A DNA stretch of 64,000 nt from assembly GCA_973895155.1 (NCBI GenBank), contig OZ316893.1, positions 12,726,359-12,790,358 on the forward strand, written 5' to 3'. Numbering within the stretch: the first letter of the stretch is position 1; every line of letters starts with the position of its first letter. A program made the position numbers and the translations under genes. Of this stretch, positions 49,500-61,817 are shown piece after piece. The notes below the pieces were generated by a model that did not search any database, was not told the origin of the DNA, and saw nothing but the letters and a program-made list of their open reading frames with translations. The DNA is from Marsupella aquatica (taxonomy: Eukaryota; Plantae; Marchantiophyta).

Positions 49500-49949
49500 C
49501 TAGAGCGTGTGATCCAAACATGTGTAGACACCAAAGTGACCGGTGGTGGGGTCTGGGAGGGCAGGACAAGTGACATCGCCAGGCACACTGCAGGATGGCG
49601 AGTGGTTCCAGATGATACATTGTGCTTTGTGAAAAAACCGACATCCAAGAGAACGGTCATCCAACTCTAGGCCAGAAGCCCTACAGGCAGGACAGTCATA
49701 TTGGCAACTATGCACACACCCTTGGGCCCTAATTTGTGGCGGGTCATGTACAAGAGACAGAAATACCAAGGATGTTGGGAAGGGTGGAGAAGCAGGTACA
49801 GGCCGGCTGTAGTTGTTCCTGGCAACAACTGGGTACTCAAAGTACCATGCAGACTGGGCTGGAAGGATCCCAAGTCTGACATACTCAAGGCGCAACATCT
49901 CTGCCTTGCGTGCAAGCCGCACATGTTCAGCGTTGCGGGTCCTCACCAT
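49500..49949 (-). CDS. CACTA cargo: Cys/His-rich orphan ORF (149 aa)
   Basis: Starts with ATG, same strand and spacing as the other cargo ORFs, contains CVHSCQYDCPAC. No family recognised. Confidence 0.35.
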   Translation of the reverse strand: MVRTRNAEHVRLARKAEMLRLEYVRLGILPAQSAWYFEYPVVARNNYSRPVPASPPFPTSLVFLSLVHDPPQIRAQGCVHSCQYDCPACRASGLELDDRSLGCRFFHKAQCIIWNHSPSCSVPGDVTCPALPDPTTGHFGVYTCLDHTL

Positions 49950-51897
49950 AAGTGTTGCTTTTGTGGAGATGTCGTGTGTTCACGTCCTCTGATAAGCACC
50001 TTCGATCAGCAAGGTGAGCAGGAGCTGTACTTGCCTCACCAACAGCAACCAACCTTAAATTATCAGTTCCCACTCACTGTGTCATTCCATTGGTTCCAGC
50101 TAGGGGTCACAGTGTAAACATAGCATGAAACACTCATAATCAACTTGCTTACAAACTACAATATCCAGAAAGAGTGAAAGTCTCACCCTCCAGTGAGCAG
50201 CAGAGAGGTAGTTCACTAGATGTGTTGATGTGCAGTTAAACCTCCACTATTGCTTACTTTTGGTGTATGCTGCTCAAAAGAAGACATATTAGTAGCAGCA
50301 AATTGCAAATAATGGCCATAAGCAAACCGTGAGAGTTTGCAGAATTCTACGACAAATCCATCACAGCAATGCTCCACAAGAATGAAACCAAGCAAAATTT
50401 GGTGACCTCGGCCAATGACAAGGCCAATGTAGTGAACAATCCTTGACCGATCAGGATATGGATTGGAATTACAATTAGTCAGCTCTTCTTCTTTGTTTTC
50501 TAACTCTAGGGAAATGAGCATGACCAGGGAATTCTCTGAGAAATAGAAGTGCACAGGGAAAATGAAATTGGCTCATTCAGCTGCGCAAGATGGACCATTG
50601 CAGCATACTTGGACAGTTGTTCCGCAATACATAAAATACCCTAACTTACATGCAATCGATACAATCTGCTTCTGTTGGCTGTCCTACAGCTCACGGCAGT
50701 GCCGTTGGGATAGGGTAAGTGAATATTGCCATAGCTGAAGCACATTGAGCTTGCAGCATTAAGTGAAGGAGCATGGCCAAAAGCAGAAAAGACAGATAGG
50801 TTTTACAAGAAGAAACTAACAACCGCCAATCTGCTCAAATCCGCTGCATAGATCAGTATCAAACGAACTACATAGCCCTCTTTTGAAAACAATCCAATGT
50901 GCTTTGGCTGGTGGATGACAAGGACTGGGAGAAGAGGAAACGTCTACACAATCAATCCAAATGACGGGACACAGAGACCAGGCACAGAGAGGATTTGTGC
51001 TTAGACAAAAACCACAAATTGTAGCATGGGCGCCATAGCATTCTAGACAAAGCACAAAACATAGAATCTATGAATCTATGACTCATGGACTAACAAAGTG
51101 CTTGGGTAGCATGGCAAAAGGAAAGACAAATTTCAAAATGACAACATGGCCCGTTTCCGCCATTCATTTGATGTTGCTAGGTGTCCGTAAGATGACTGAC
51201 CCACAGACAATCCCTACAACCTCATCTGACAGACTGCTTTTCTAGTGTGAAGAAATACATGATTACAAGCAACACCACGCCTCATCCAAGCAGGGAATTG
51301 AAAACATAACCATGTCATTCCTGTATTGGACAGTGTCCTCTACCATTGCACTGCATAGTTGTTATTCCATGTTGGTTGTCAACAGTTTGTTGGCTTGCCA
51401 TAGCCTAGATAGAACAATAAAATACTATACATGAATACAACAAGAAAAATCTGCATACAGTGATGGCCCGGTCACTTGAGGAAAAACCAAAACTAAGAAG
51501 GCAGGCACATGGGCAACCGAGAAAAAAAGCTAGTGGCGCCTCGCGGAGAATCCAGAATGGTAATGCCCTTGCCCAGAAGCTTGGGAAACAAAAGAGAAAA
51601 AAGCAAAACGAGCTACCGACCACCGTCTTGACCAGGCCCGCCACAAGGTATGGCTGGAGGCTGTGGTCCCCCCCTTAGTAAAGAAAAGGATGCAAGTGTG
51701 TGCACGGGGCACAAGGCATGTTCGGATCCAGGGAGGAGCACAACAGTAATGTCAAGCAAGAAGTGTGGAGAGACCAAACAGTAAACAAAAATAGGGGAGA
51801 ACAAACATACATCAGCAGTAGCAGGAAACGAGAAAGTTGATTTGGGAGGGATTGTAGGGAGAGAGCTTTTGGTGGGCTCAGCTACGCGTGAAATATC

Positions 51898-52905
51898 GGG
51901 AGATAGATGCGCGAGAGAGTGAAGAGGGTGGCAAGCGGAAGACAGGTTGGGACTGGACCCTTGGTGCCGGGGGGTAATATATGGGGTAATATACGCAGAG
52001 ACAAAGTTGTACTCACTTGATTGAGTAGGCAAGTGGGTGGACAAAGATCAACAACCGCAGTAGCAGCACAGCCAGAGAGGCAACAAAGGGGAAATTTCAG
52101 CAAAGGTAAGCGACACAGACAACTCACCCTCCGTACCCTCCGTACCTAACCTAACCTCCCAGCTCCAAAGTTGCAAGAGCAAGAAGTCAAAGGCACTGAA
52201 ACAAAGCGGGTGGCAGTTTCAGTATCTCAGGCAATGCAAAATTAATCCATACTTAATCAGCCCTGGCCACACGTTCCTTCAAAGCCCCTCATACTAGCAA
52301 GCAGGTCTGGCCTGTGAATCTTGTAGTGCTTAACAATACAAAGCCTTCCCAAGTACCAATTCAAAAGTAGCAGAAATAGATCGAAAGCTAGTTCCGATGA
52401 TAGCTCCCAAAAGCTTTCCTCAGCCCGATTCCTATGCACATCAGAGGAGCTCAAACCATTTAGAAATGAGATCACAGATTACTCTTGACAATCTCAAAAA
52501 TGCCACAACCTAAGCACTGACAGCTCCGTCCCCCCATTCTAATTTCTCCGACAAGTTTGCCTTAAAGCACATCCACTCGCAGTTCAAGCAGATTCAGAAT
52601 CATCATAGACAATAGAGTGCTCCACCATAGCCCACGGTAGGTCCACGACCATCGTAACGAACGCTCCGCCCAGCTCCGCCCCTACCGGGGCTTATTAGTA
52701 TTGCTCACTTTTAAGAAGGGCAGTTTTCACAAAAGCAGTCTAATTGCCTAGACTGCACTAGAAAAGTTGGAGGCAATATCACAGCGGAGCATTCTGCGTC
52801 TAAGGGCCAGCGACGCCGTTCAGGAGATAGATGCGCGAGAGAGTGAAGATGGTGGGGAGCGGAAGACGGGTTGGGACTGGACCCTTGGTGCCGATGGGTA
52901 ATATG
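51898..52905. repeat. ~85-bp direct repeat pair inside the CACTA (51898-51985 and 52822-52905)
   Basis: GGAGATAGATGCGCGAGAGAGTGAAGA...GGTTGGGACTGGACCCTTGGTGCC is present twice. Confidence 0.8.
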
Positions 52906-55251
52906 TGGGGTTTCAATGAACAATGGGCCAGTTTGAGGAGGATTAAGAAGCGCGCACCCCATGTTCTTGTGTGGTGGTTGGGTGGGGTTTTGTTTGATAG
53001 AAGAAGAAATCACCATTCTCTTATGGAAGAAAGAAAATCGCAGGAAACAGTGGGCGGGAGAACAAGGCATGTAATAGAGTACTTGCGGTTACTCTAACGG
53101 TGCACGAACACTCACCTTTGTCTTCCGCTTTGTCTGCAGTGGCCGACAAATCCCAGAGCGCTGCCGAGCTCGGTGGTTGCTTGATGGTTGAAAGTGCGCA
53201 GCTCACGTCCCTACCTCAATGTCCAACTCAATGTGGATGCAGCAGCTTCTCTTGGTCGCATCTCCTCTTCGTCGCATCTCCTCTTGGTTGCATCTCCTCC
53301 TTGTCGCAACTCCTCTTGGGGTTCACAGCTAGCGCGCAGCAGCGCTCGATGGTTGACAATGCGCAGCTGAGCTAGGAGAAGAACTGAATGATTGTGGCTG
53401 CTCTTCTCTGCAGTCCAAGCACCCGGCTGGCAGCTCCGCAAACCCTGATCGTAGCTGCAATCTCTACTCCGTTGATTGAAGAGCCTCCCTCTTCAAAGCT
53501 CGGTTGACCTAGCTCTGCGATTGACGGAGCTTTCATCCTCTGCATCAAAAACCCTCCACCACCCGACCTTGCGCGTACTTCAGGAAGCTCCTTACCACCA
53601 AGCGCTTCTCGGGGATGCCTCGCAACAATGTCCTTACCACCTAACGACTCTCAAGGCTGACTCTCCCAAACCAATGCAAACCCCTTGCAATCTAATACAC
53701 TGTGTCCAAACAGAGGCAGAACTGTCAAAAGCGCTCGCAGTAGTGGACGCAACAATGTGAAGTGAATGAGCTCCGACCTTCCCTCGCAAAATGCTTACCC
53801 TAAACTCTGCTCGTATGCTAAACTCACAAACATTCCGCAGGTTGTTCTGTCGCAAAGCACAAATGATGGGGCCCAAACGCATGGGGCGCGGACACTCGAT
53901 ACTTCCCTTCACAAAAACCCAGTTTCATACGATGACCAAAGCATACTCACCCTAACCCAAGACTTAGTGCAAACAGGACCCTAAACGCTAATCCAGGGCC
54001 CGTTTCCGTTGAGTTGAGCCGTTAGGCTTGATAAGTCATGGCCAGAGTCTTGATGTAGGGGAACAATGTGGACTTAATTAGGCAACAAATGAGTACATTT
54101 GGGTGAGGGTAAAGGATAACTTTAAATAAATCCCTTTGGTGACAAAGATGAGGCCACTTAATCAGTTGTGCCCCACCCTACCCCCCCCCCCCCCCCCTCC
54201 GGGCCCCCCTCATGGAATTACCTCTATCAAAAGTACCCTAAGTTATGAAAAGTACCCGTTACATGGACCTGTTTTGAGAGTTGAAAGATAATCAGAAGTA
54301 AAGGGACCATGGAGAAGAGGGGGCCAATGTAATTAAGTCAAGCATCACTCATTCAAAATACACATGGACATAGTTGGGTACTATATGAGACACCAGGGGA
54401 CAAGACATTTTTGAAGGGTTGGCATATTTACCCTCATCCCTAAACTTGGATGTGGTGCACATAACATCCACTCTCCTACCCCAAGTACAAAACAACTCCT
54501 AACAACTTAGGCCCAATGTAGTCACTTGTGCCCAACCATGTTCATTAAGAGCCTAAATGTTTTCATTTCACCCACATTGCATGTTGTTGGGGGTTCCATG
54601 GTCTGTTATTATAATGTAACTCCTCATGTGAACTTTGTGAAATTTAGTATTTAAGGGACCATGGAGAAAGTAGGCCAATGGAGTAATTGGAACCATGAAC
54701 CTTTTTGGTCACAAATAAGGCCATCTAATGAGTTATGCCCCTTGCTATCACCATCTTTATAGAATTAACCCTCTTCAACATAAGTGATCATTACCCATGT
54801 AGTGCTAGACTATTCACCGTTCACAAAGTAGCAAGGACCCTTCTCATAGTCATTTAGAGAACCATATAACACTAATAGTCTTTTGTAGTTTTCAACAAAA
54901 CCGGCACAATGAGAGCGAGTCGTTTCAAGTATGGAAAAAGGACTTAGTGGGCTTAGTCCTATAAGGTATGGTCTAAATGGCCCCGGTTTCTACTAGTGAG
55001 GTTTGTGGTGGGCTGGACACAAGGTGGATCTAGCTGCCTTAATTTGAAGCAATCTTTGCAAATTATACATAGGTGAGTGGGGAATCACTGATACTTCTTG
55101 TTGTCTTTGCTACTTTCATTTGATCTGTGCATTCCAATTTTTTGTCGCTCTTGTATGGATTTAACAAACAGGGCTCTGTGTGCTTTGCTCAGGTAAGCAT
55201 TTCTTTTCACGTTCTGTGAGTTAGGCTTTGTCTTTTTGCTATAGATATAGA

Positions 55252-55477
55252 ATTGTTTGCAGGTTCCATCAAATCCAAGGGGACCACTGGGGAAGTAATG
55301 CCCTCAGTGGAGATTGCTAGATTTCACCACTGGCAATCTAGCGCTCCTTGGAGGCGAGTTGTAGATCTAGGATTGTTTGCAGGGCCCATCAAATCCAAGG
55401 AGACCATTGGGGAAGTAATGCCCTCAATGGAGACTGCCAGATTTCATCCCTGGCAATCTAGCGCTCCTTGGAGGCGA
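55252..55477 (+). repeat. 120-bp-period tandem duplication upstream of the P-like transposase
   Basis: ATTGTTTGCAGG...CTCCTTGGAGGCGA occurs twice. Confidence 0.85.
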
Positions 55478-56146
55478 AGCAGGTGCAGGTAGCCTGGAAG
55501 TGGGGGGAAAGACTACTTAGAGCCTAGCCATAGGGTATGGGTTGTCCAAGGGATGTCACTATTCAAGCAAGGTCCAGTGAGTAAATAAATTCCAAACAGC
55601 CCATTGCACATGTCAAGGAGAGAGATTGGAGTGATGGGCCTGGCCTCGACTGCACATGGACCAAGCACAAACTGGGACAAGCTCAATTGGGACAAGCTAA
55701 TCTAGGACAAGCTATTTTGGGACAAACTGAAGCGGCCATGTGTAGATCCCACTCTCTCTTGTGCTTACGCTGAAACCAGAGTCCTTGCATGCAAAGGGTA
55801 TGTCCCTTCCCACCCGAAAGGAGAAAGCTGCAATGGACCTTTTACAAGCCAATCACCATGAGAAATGGCCGGGATGGGGCAAGGCTCTTGTGGAATTGGT
55901 CTGGTGGATGCGGTCGTGATAGATGGGCTTCCTTAGGTTACTTGTAGGGCACCAAATCTTCATAAATCCCTATGTTGTTGTCATTGGATGAGTTTGTGGG
56001 TTTACAAAGTAACAGATAACTGTCTGTGTTGCTTTGATTGAGTCCATTTTTATTCTGGTGTTTCTCTCTTGTGTTGTGCTCTGTTTGCAGGCCTATGCCC
56101 TTGGCATATGTCATTTGGATAGGGAATTAAACGTGGGACATAGAGG

Positions 56147-59100
56147 ATGCCGCCTGCCACTATATTTCAAGCAGACTCAGAGTCAGGGGAACGTAAACCC
56201 TTGACATCATATAGCTACAAGATAGGTGAAACCTTTTATGATGCTAGAAAGAACTTGGAGTCAGGTTTTGACTTTGAGTTCCATTTCATGGACGTCAACC
56301 TTGCTTGTAGAATGTTGGAGAAATTTGAGAGGTATAATCTAGTAGAGGATTGTGGTGGAAAGATTGTCATTGTCCCAAAATACTCCAACAATTTTGTCCA
56401 AGGAGATGTGCAGAATGGGGCACAACAAGTCCTTGGAAGCAGCCATGCATCCAATGGACCTGGTAGCACATCTACTGGAGACCAAGTTGGTACTCCTGCA
56501 ATAGATGAACCCTCTAACCAGCCTGCAAGTGGAGCTCCATTCCAGGAGACCCAGCCTGCAAGTGCTTCATCCCAGGAGGACCAGCCTGCAAGTGGAGCCC
56601 AATCCGCTGAGTCTCAAGTCAGCCTAGACTCTGTATTGATGTCTCAGGACTTAAAGATAGCATGGGAGACTTCTGTGACAAAGTTGAGAGAGTGGATGAC
56701 TTTTCTTAAGTGTGTGGACCACAAATGGAAAGTCAGAACGTGGGACAAGGATGGTGTGCCTCGTGGGCATATTGAGTGTTGCGAATGTGACTACAGATAT
56801 CAAGCAGTTGCATGTAGCAGTGTCAAGGGTGTGGATAAAACTATGGTCAATAATGTGTTTACAAACTTCAGAGTGAAACACTTGCCATCAAAAAAGCATG
56901 CTCGACGTGTAGCATCTAATAGGGGTGAGAAAGTGGATCACAGAGTGATTGCTTAGAGGGCTGAGGCTAGTACTCTGAATCATAGAGCCATACTTGATCA
57001 ACATGTCAAGATTGTGGAGAAGATTAACTCAGCACAGATTGCTGGTGGGCTTGTTGGGCATGATACATTTACTGTAATAGGTGATGTGGACAAAGAGCCT
57101 ATAGAGTTGGTCAAGTTCAAACTTCGTTGTGAGTTTTGTGCTGAAAACCTAACATTGATTCCAAAACAACGCAATTTGGAAACAAATCTGGAAAGCCCAT
57201 GTGGGAGGCTTGAGTCATCTTAATTATGTCATGAGAAGTCAAAGGCCTGCTATGGGCAATCCAGTGCACAGTGGAAGGCCAGGGAGACCTCGTGCACCAG
57301 ATGGAAGAGATGTGAAACAACAGAAAATAGCTGGGTTCTTAACTCGCCCCTCAACTGGAGGAGCTTCCAGTTCTAGTTCAAAAGACAAAGGTACTCTTGA
57401 CAATCTCTCTTTGCTATGCTGGGGTCTCTGGCGTGATGTGGTGAAATATGGTTCAGATACCAGGCCTATCAAGGAAATCTTAAATGATCAACTGAAATTA
57501 GATGGGAATTGGTATGCAGAGCCCATAGTGAGGGCAGAGGTGTGGTGTTTGACAACTCAAGAAACCTGTGTGATCTCTGGTTTATTTAGACACAGAGATT
57601 GTAGGCGAATATCAGAACTTGGTGGAGGTTTTATTGACTTGACCTGTTCGCTCTGTTTTAGCATAAAAACAGAGCAGGACTTTCGACTCAGAGTTTACAG
57701 GGAGTACAAAGCTATTGAGAAACGAGGTTGTAGAACAACTGGTAAAGGTAGGCGGTTAGACTACCTGACTATTCCAGAGGTTCAGTACCAAGCCAAAAGC
57801 TATAGGAACCAAATTTTGAGAGAGCAAAAATTGCAGAGAATCTTGAGTCACAAGCTACTCATGGCAAAGGCTCTGGTCCCCAGCATTAGTGAAGTGTGTC
57901 TTCACTATCAAGAACCAAACAAAGCAACTGTTTTGAAATTCTGTCATTCAATAATACTAGCACACAAACGAGGTGCCTTTGGTGGGAGAGGAGCTCTGTG
58001 GGATATGTTGTCAGACATAGCACAAAACATCAATAGGGAGAAGACAGGATATCGTTTTAAGCCTGGAACAACGCTTCTCTGTCAAACACTATTTTTACAT
58101 GGTGGAAGGCGTGTAGTTGATTGTCTTGCAACCAATGGAATTGGTCCTACTATCAACACCCTTCAACGAGATAGGAGAGGTATGGCAGTGTTTCGTGCTG
58201 GAATTCATGCAGAGCAATTCCAGTTTGTTGTGGAAATTTTTTCCAAATTGAAAGCTCGATTAAATATTCATGGACCCATTCCATGCTATTTGGCAGAGGA
58301 TGAGACTTGTGTGAAGAGAACTGTGAGGTGACTACTCATGCCTCCTCTTGCTCTGGTCATTCTTTCTGTTTAATATTTTTGTGTTACACAAAAATATTGA
58401 ACAAGCAACTAATGAAAAGACCGCCTGCTATTGGTTGCAGATGGCTGCCTAAACATGATACTCTTCTTGGGTTTTGTGGGACAAAAACCAACCATGAGTG
58501 TAGTGTTGGTTTGGAGATCATGGTGGAGGAAGGAGAAGTTGGCTTCAACAACATTGCAGATGCATTTGACAGTTATGTTGTAGCTCACCAGGCAAGGTGT
58601 TTGATAGTAAATGCCCTTGTTACTGGATTCCCTCGATTGTGCATATTGGGGATGGGTACATGTAACAAGTTTGATGCTCCATGGGTCAGGCGACAATGGA
58701 ATACCCTAGCCTCATTGTGGACAACTCATTGCCTAGAGTCAGTGGGGCCATTATTGGGTCATGCCAGTGATGGGGATGCACGGAGGAGAAAGCTTATGTT
58801 GGAAGACTACTCTGGAAAAGGAATACCAGGGCCAAGACAAGACCTGAGGTGGGAAGCTTGGACATTGACTCACTCTATGACCACTGCTGGACCATTGATC
58901 CATGCATATGGACTCCACGATCAAGATTTTATTCATAATGGGAAGAAGTTAGTGAACCCATTGGATTCTACTTCTCGTATTTTGAAATTAGGAGCAGAAA
59001 TGGCGAACTTGAGTCACATCATATCTTGTTACAAGGTGTACCTGAACAGTGATCATGGCTTGAATGAAGAGGACAAGTCAAGGAAAGATAGGCAAAATTG

Positions 59101-60852
59101 GGCTAGTGCACAATGACTCTGTAGCCGCAAAGTACAGTCCTCCTTACAGATGCTTCGCCAACGTGGTGATGCAAGAGTTGAACAGACTCTTGGGACAGAA
59201 GTTTACACTAGGATATGTGCAGACTACATTGATATATTTCTGAATACTAGTCTGAGTTTGCGACAAAGAATTGTCCATTGTGGGAAGGTTGGATTTTTCT
59301 TTAGACTATGGCGTCAATGGTGCTTTCATGGAAACCATTCTGTGGGAGGGAATACACAACCAATCAGTTTCACAAAAAATTGCATTCCCATGCAAAGTTT
59401 CCTTGACATTCAAATGTCAGTTCATTTTGTGGTCCTGTTGGTAATCCAATTCAGGGACAATTTTCGAAATCTTCCAGTACCATTGCATTTGACTGGGTCA
59501 GATGCTTGTGAGCAGTTTTTTTCTGCTGTAGGAGGTATGAATGGTCATGAGCGAAGTTATGACTTGGCTGAGTTAGTAGAATGCGCTACCAATCGAAATC
59601 GATTGGCTGCAATGGATCTGGCTGAAGGAATGATGGGTGCAGGGAAGAGCCACAAAAAACATGAAAACATTTGGATGAAGCTCACTACAATCCCAGCAGG
59701 GATTCCTATTGTAGCAGATCAAATGGACTATGCAGGGATTGAAACAAATGGAGAAATAGTGATTGCTTTGCAAGAAGGTCTTCAGCTTGCCCAAAATGCA
59801 TGCACTGAGTTACAAATGAACCCTTCCACATCCTGTAGAGACAAGGTGTGGTGGAATTCCCCATGGAAGATGGAGGCTAAAGGGGTCAAGTTTGGTAGTT
59901 GGTGTGATGTGAATGTTGATACATTAGCAGATGGAGGGGTAGATGTGAAGGAATCTGAGGAAAGTGAAACCACCTCTCATGAGCCTGCATCCTCATCAGT
60001 TCCAACAGAAGTTGCAGAAGAGGACTCCGAGTCTCCTGTCCCAACATAACAACTTTTGATATATGCAGACCCAGATGTAGAGGGAGTTGCTGCTCAAATG
60101 GAGGCCACCATGGGCATCATGCATTCTGACTTGATATATGGAGCAGCAAGACAAGATGTGAAGCCAACAGTAGAATATCAAAATCGGTCCATTTACAAAA
60201 GTACTTTGGTTAGCCAGTTGACCCTGAACCCTCTCCTCAGTAAAGACAGATTGACCCGGATAAAGCAAATCACTACTTCAACAATTTAGTGGACAAACCC
60301 AATGTGAGGGCAGGTGCTCAAACAATGTTTGTTACAGTAGGTTCAGACTGTGGAGTATTATTTTTGGATGATACATACAGTGCTCCTGAAACCAGAAGTT
60401 CAGAGGCAATTTCACGAACATTGAGAGGAAAAGGACGAGGAAAGAGAATTGGCAGTAGATCAGATGATCTTGTTCCAAATCCAAAGAGGCCCAGAGGTGC
60501 AGCTGTTGCAATGTCTTCAAATACAACACCAAAATACATGTGGTGGATAGGCAGAATACAAACTATACACAAAAAATATGGTGGGAAACAGGACAGAGCA
60601 AGAGGTGAATTGGATTTGCTTGATAGGCCTGGTGGTGAGGAGGCATGTAAAATTATGTTCCAATGGTTTTCTCCAATTGGAACTAGTAGGCATAAATTTG
60701 CCTACAATGTGTGTGATCCACAATTCATCGATTTGGACTGTGTTATATCAACAGTTCACTTGACAGTGGATCCACTATGCCCAGGAGTTTTTCAGTTGCA
60801 TCCAGATGATGCAGTTGCTCTTGATAATTTTGCCAAAAACAAAATTCCTTAA
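56147..60852 (+). pseudogene. P-element-like DDE transposase with N-terminal zinc fingers; inactivated
   Basis: Fragments 56147-56956, 57014-57223, 57201-58327, intron 58328-58440, then 58441-60289 and 60289-60852. Motifs LAEDET, HASDGD, DQDFIHNGKKLVN, DRQNWASAQ and SDACEQFFS fall in P-transposase order. In-frame stops at 56954, 59114 and 60047, plus two frameshifts. Confidence 0.75.
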
Positions 60853-61817
60853 TCTTATATAACAGGGTAAGCAATTGTCATAGTTATTGCCTGGTTATTG
60901 CATGTACCGTTTAAGTATGTAATTGGTATGAAAAGCTTTTGAATAGAAATTTTGATAATGCTTCTGACATTTTAATCAATTGTTTGATTGCAGAGATGAC
61001 AGAGAAATTACCTAGCATGTCTAAGTAACAATTTAGCCAAAGAGGACCTAATGGTATTATTCTCATATTTCTCAGCAGTGATTTTCTTGTGTAATGAGTA
61101 TGGTCCAAAATCAATTATTAATGTGTGGTTTGATGTATCAGGTTCAAAAGAAGCTGCCAAGAACTGTATTTGAGCTAGTGACTTCACATTGACCATCATG
61201 CTTAGTCATGATCATGGGGAACTTTACTTGAGTCAAGCAGAACTTTACTTGAGTCAGGGAGATTTTTACAGACTGAGGGAGATTTTTACAGACTAAGAAT
61301 CATGCTTAGTTTATAATATTTAGAACAATTTAGCAACAGTATACAGTCATGCATACTCAATAGTATACATGTATATGCAATAATATACTTGCAATTATTC
61401 TTCCGAGGCACTAGAACATTCTAGTGTTAATTTAATTAGTTCATGTTTATGAGGTTTATAAGCAACCAACTATACTATAATTATCTGGTGCTAATTTTGT
61501 TAATCTATATGAAACCTATACCCACATCAGGTTTCTTATGCAAAATAACATCATTACACATAATAATTTATGTTTCTGAGTAGTTTGCATGTTTATATGA
61601 TATTCATAATTTTAAAAAGTCAAGGGTATTATCAATTATCTGAAAGACCCTTTTATAAGTTACAAAAGGGTAAAATTTAATAGCAAAATTTAATATTTTT
61701 ATATTAACAAGTGATATTTTAATGGAAGAAAAAATATTAAGAAGGGGTACAAGGGGGGGGGGGGGTGGTCTGTTCTCAGGGGGGTTCACTTAATATATAG
61801 AGAGTGAGGGCCCAGGG

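Larger units (their letters stand above)
37089..54998 (-). mobile_element. CACTA (En/Spm) DNA transposon, 17,910 bp, with cargo ORFs
   Basis: 18-bp TIRs CACTAGTAGAAACCGGGG, 3-bp TSD AGG on both sides, subterminal ACGACT/AGGACT repeats and an internal TnpD-like transposase. Confidence 0.96.
33319..61817 (+). mobile_element. Large TIR DNA transposon with P-element-like transposase (28,499 bp including the nested CACTA)
   Basis: TIRs CCCTGGGCCCTCA(G/C)TCT. Perfect 8-bp TSD ATACCACT at 33311-33318 and 61818-61825. Interrupts the gypsy ORF precisely. Confidence 0.92.

Noticed and set aside
50216-53984. Numerous 60-140 aa ORFs in the right part of the CACTA
   Set aside because: No recognisable motifs and overlapping on both strands; treated as non-coding or leader sequence.
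54181-54197. Poly-C run (also poly-G at 61753-61765)
   Set aside because: Simple homopolymers inside TE subterminal regions; lengths unreliable.
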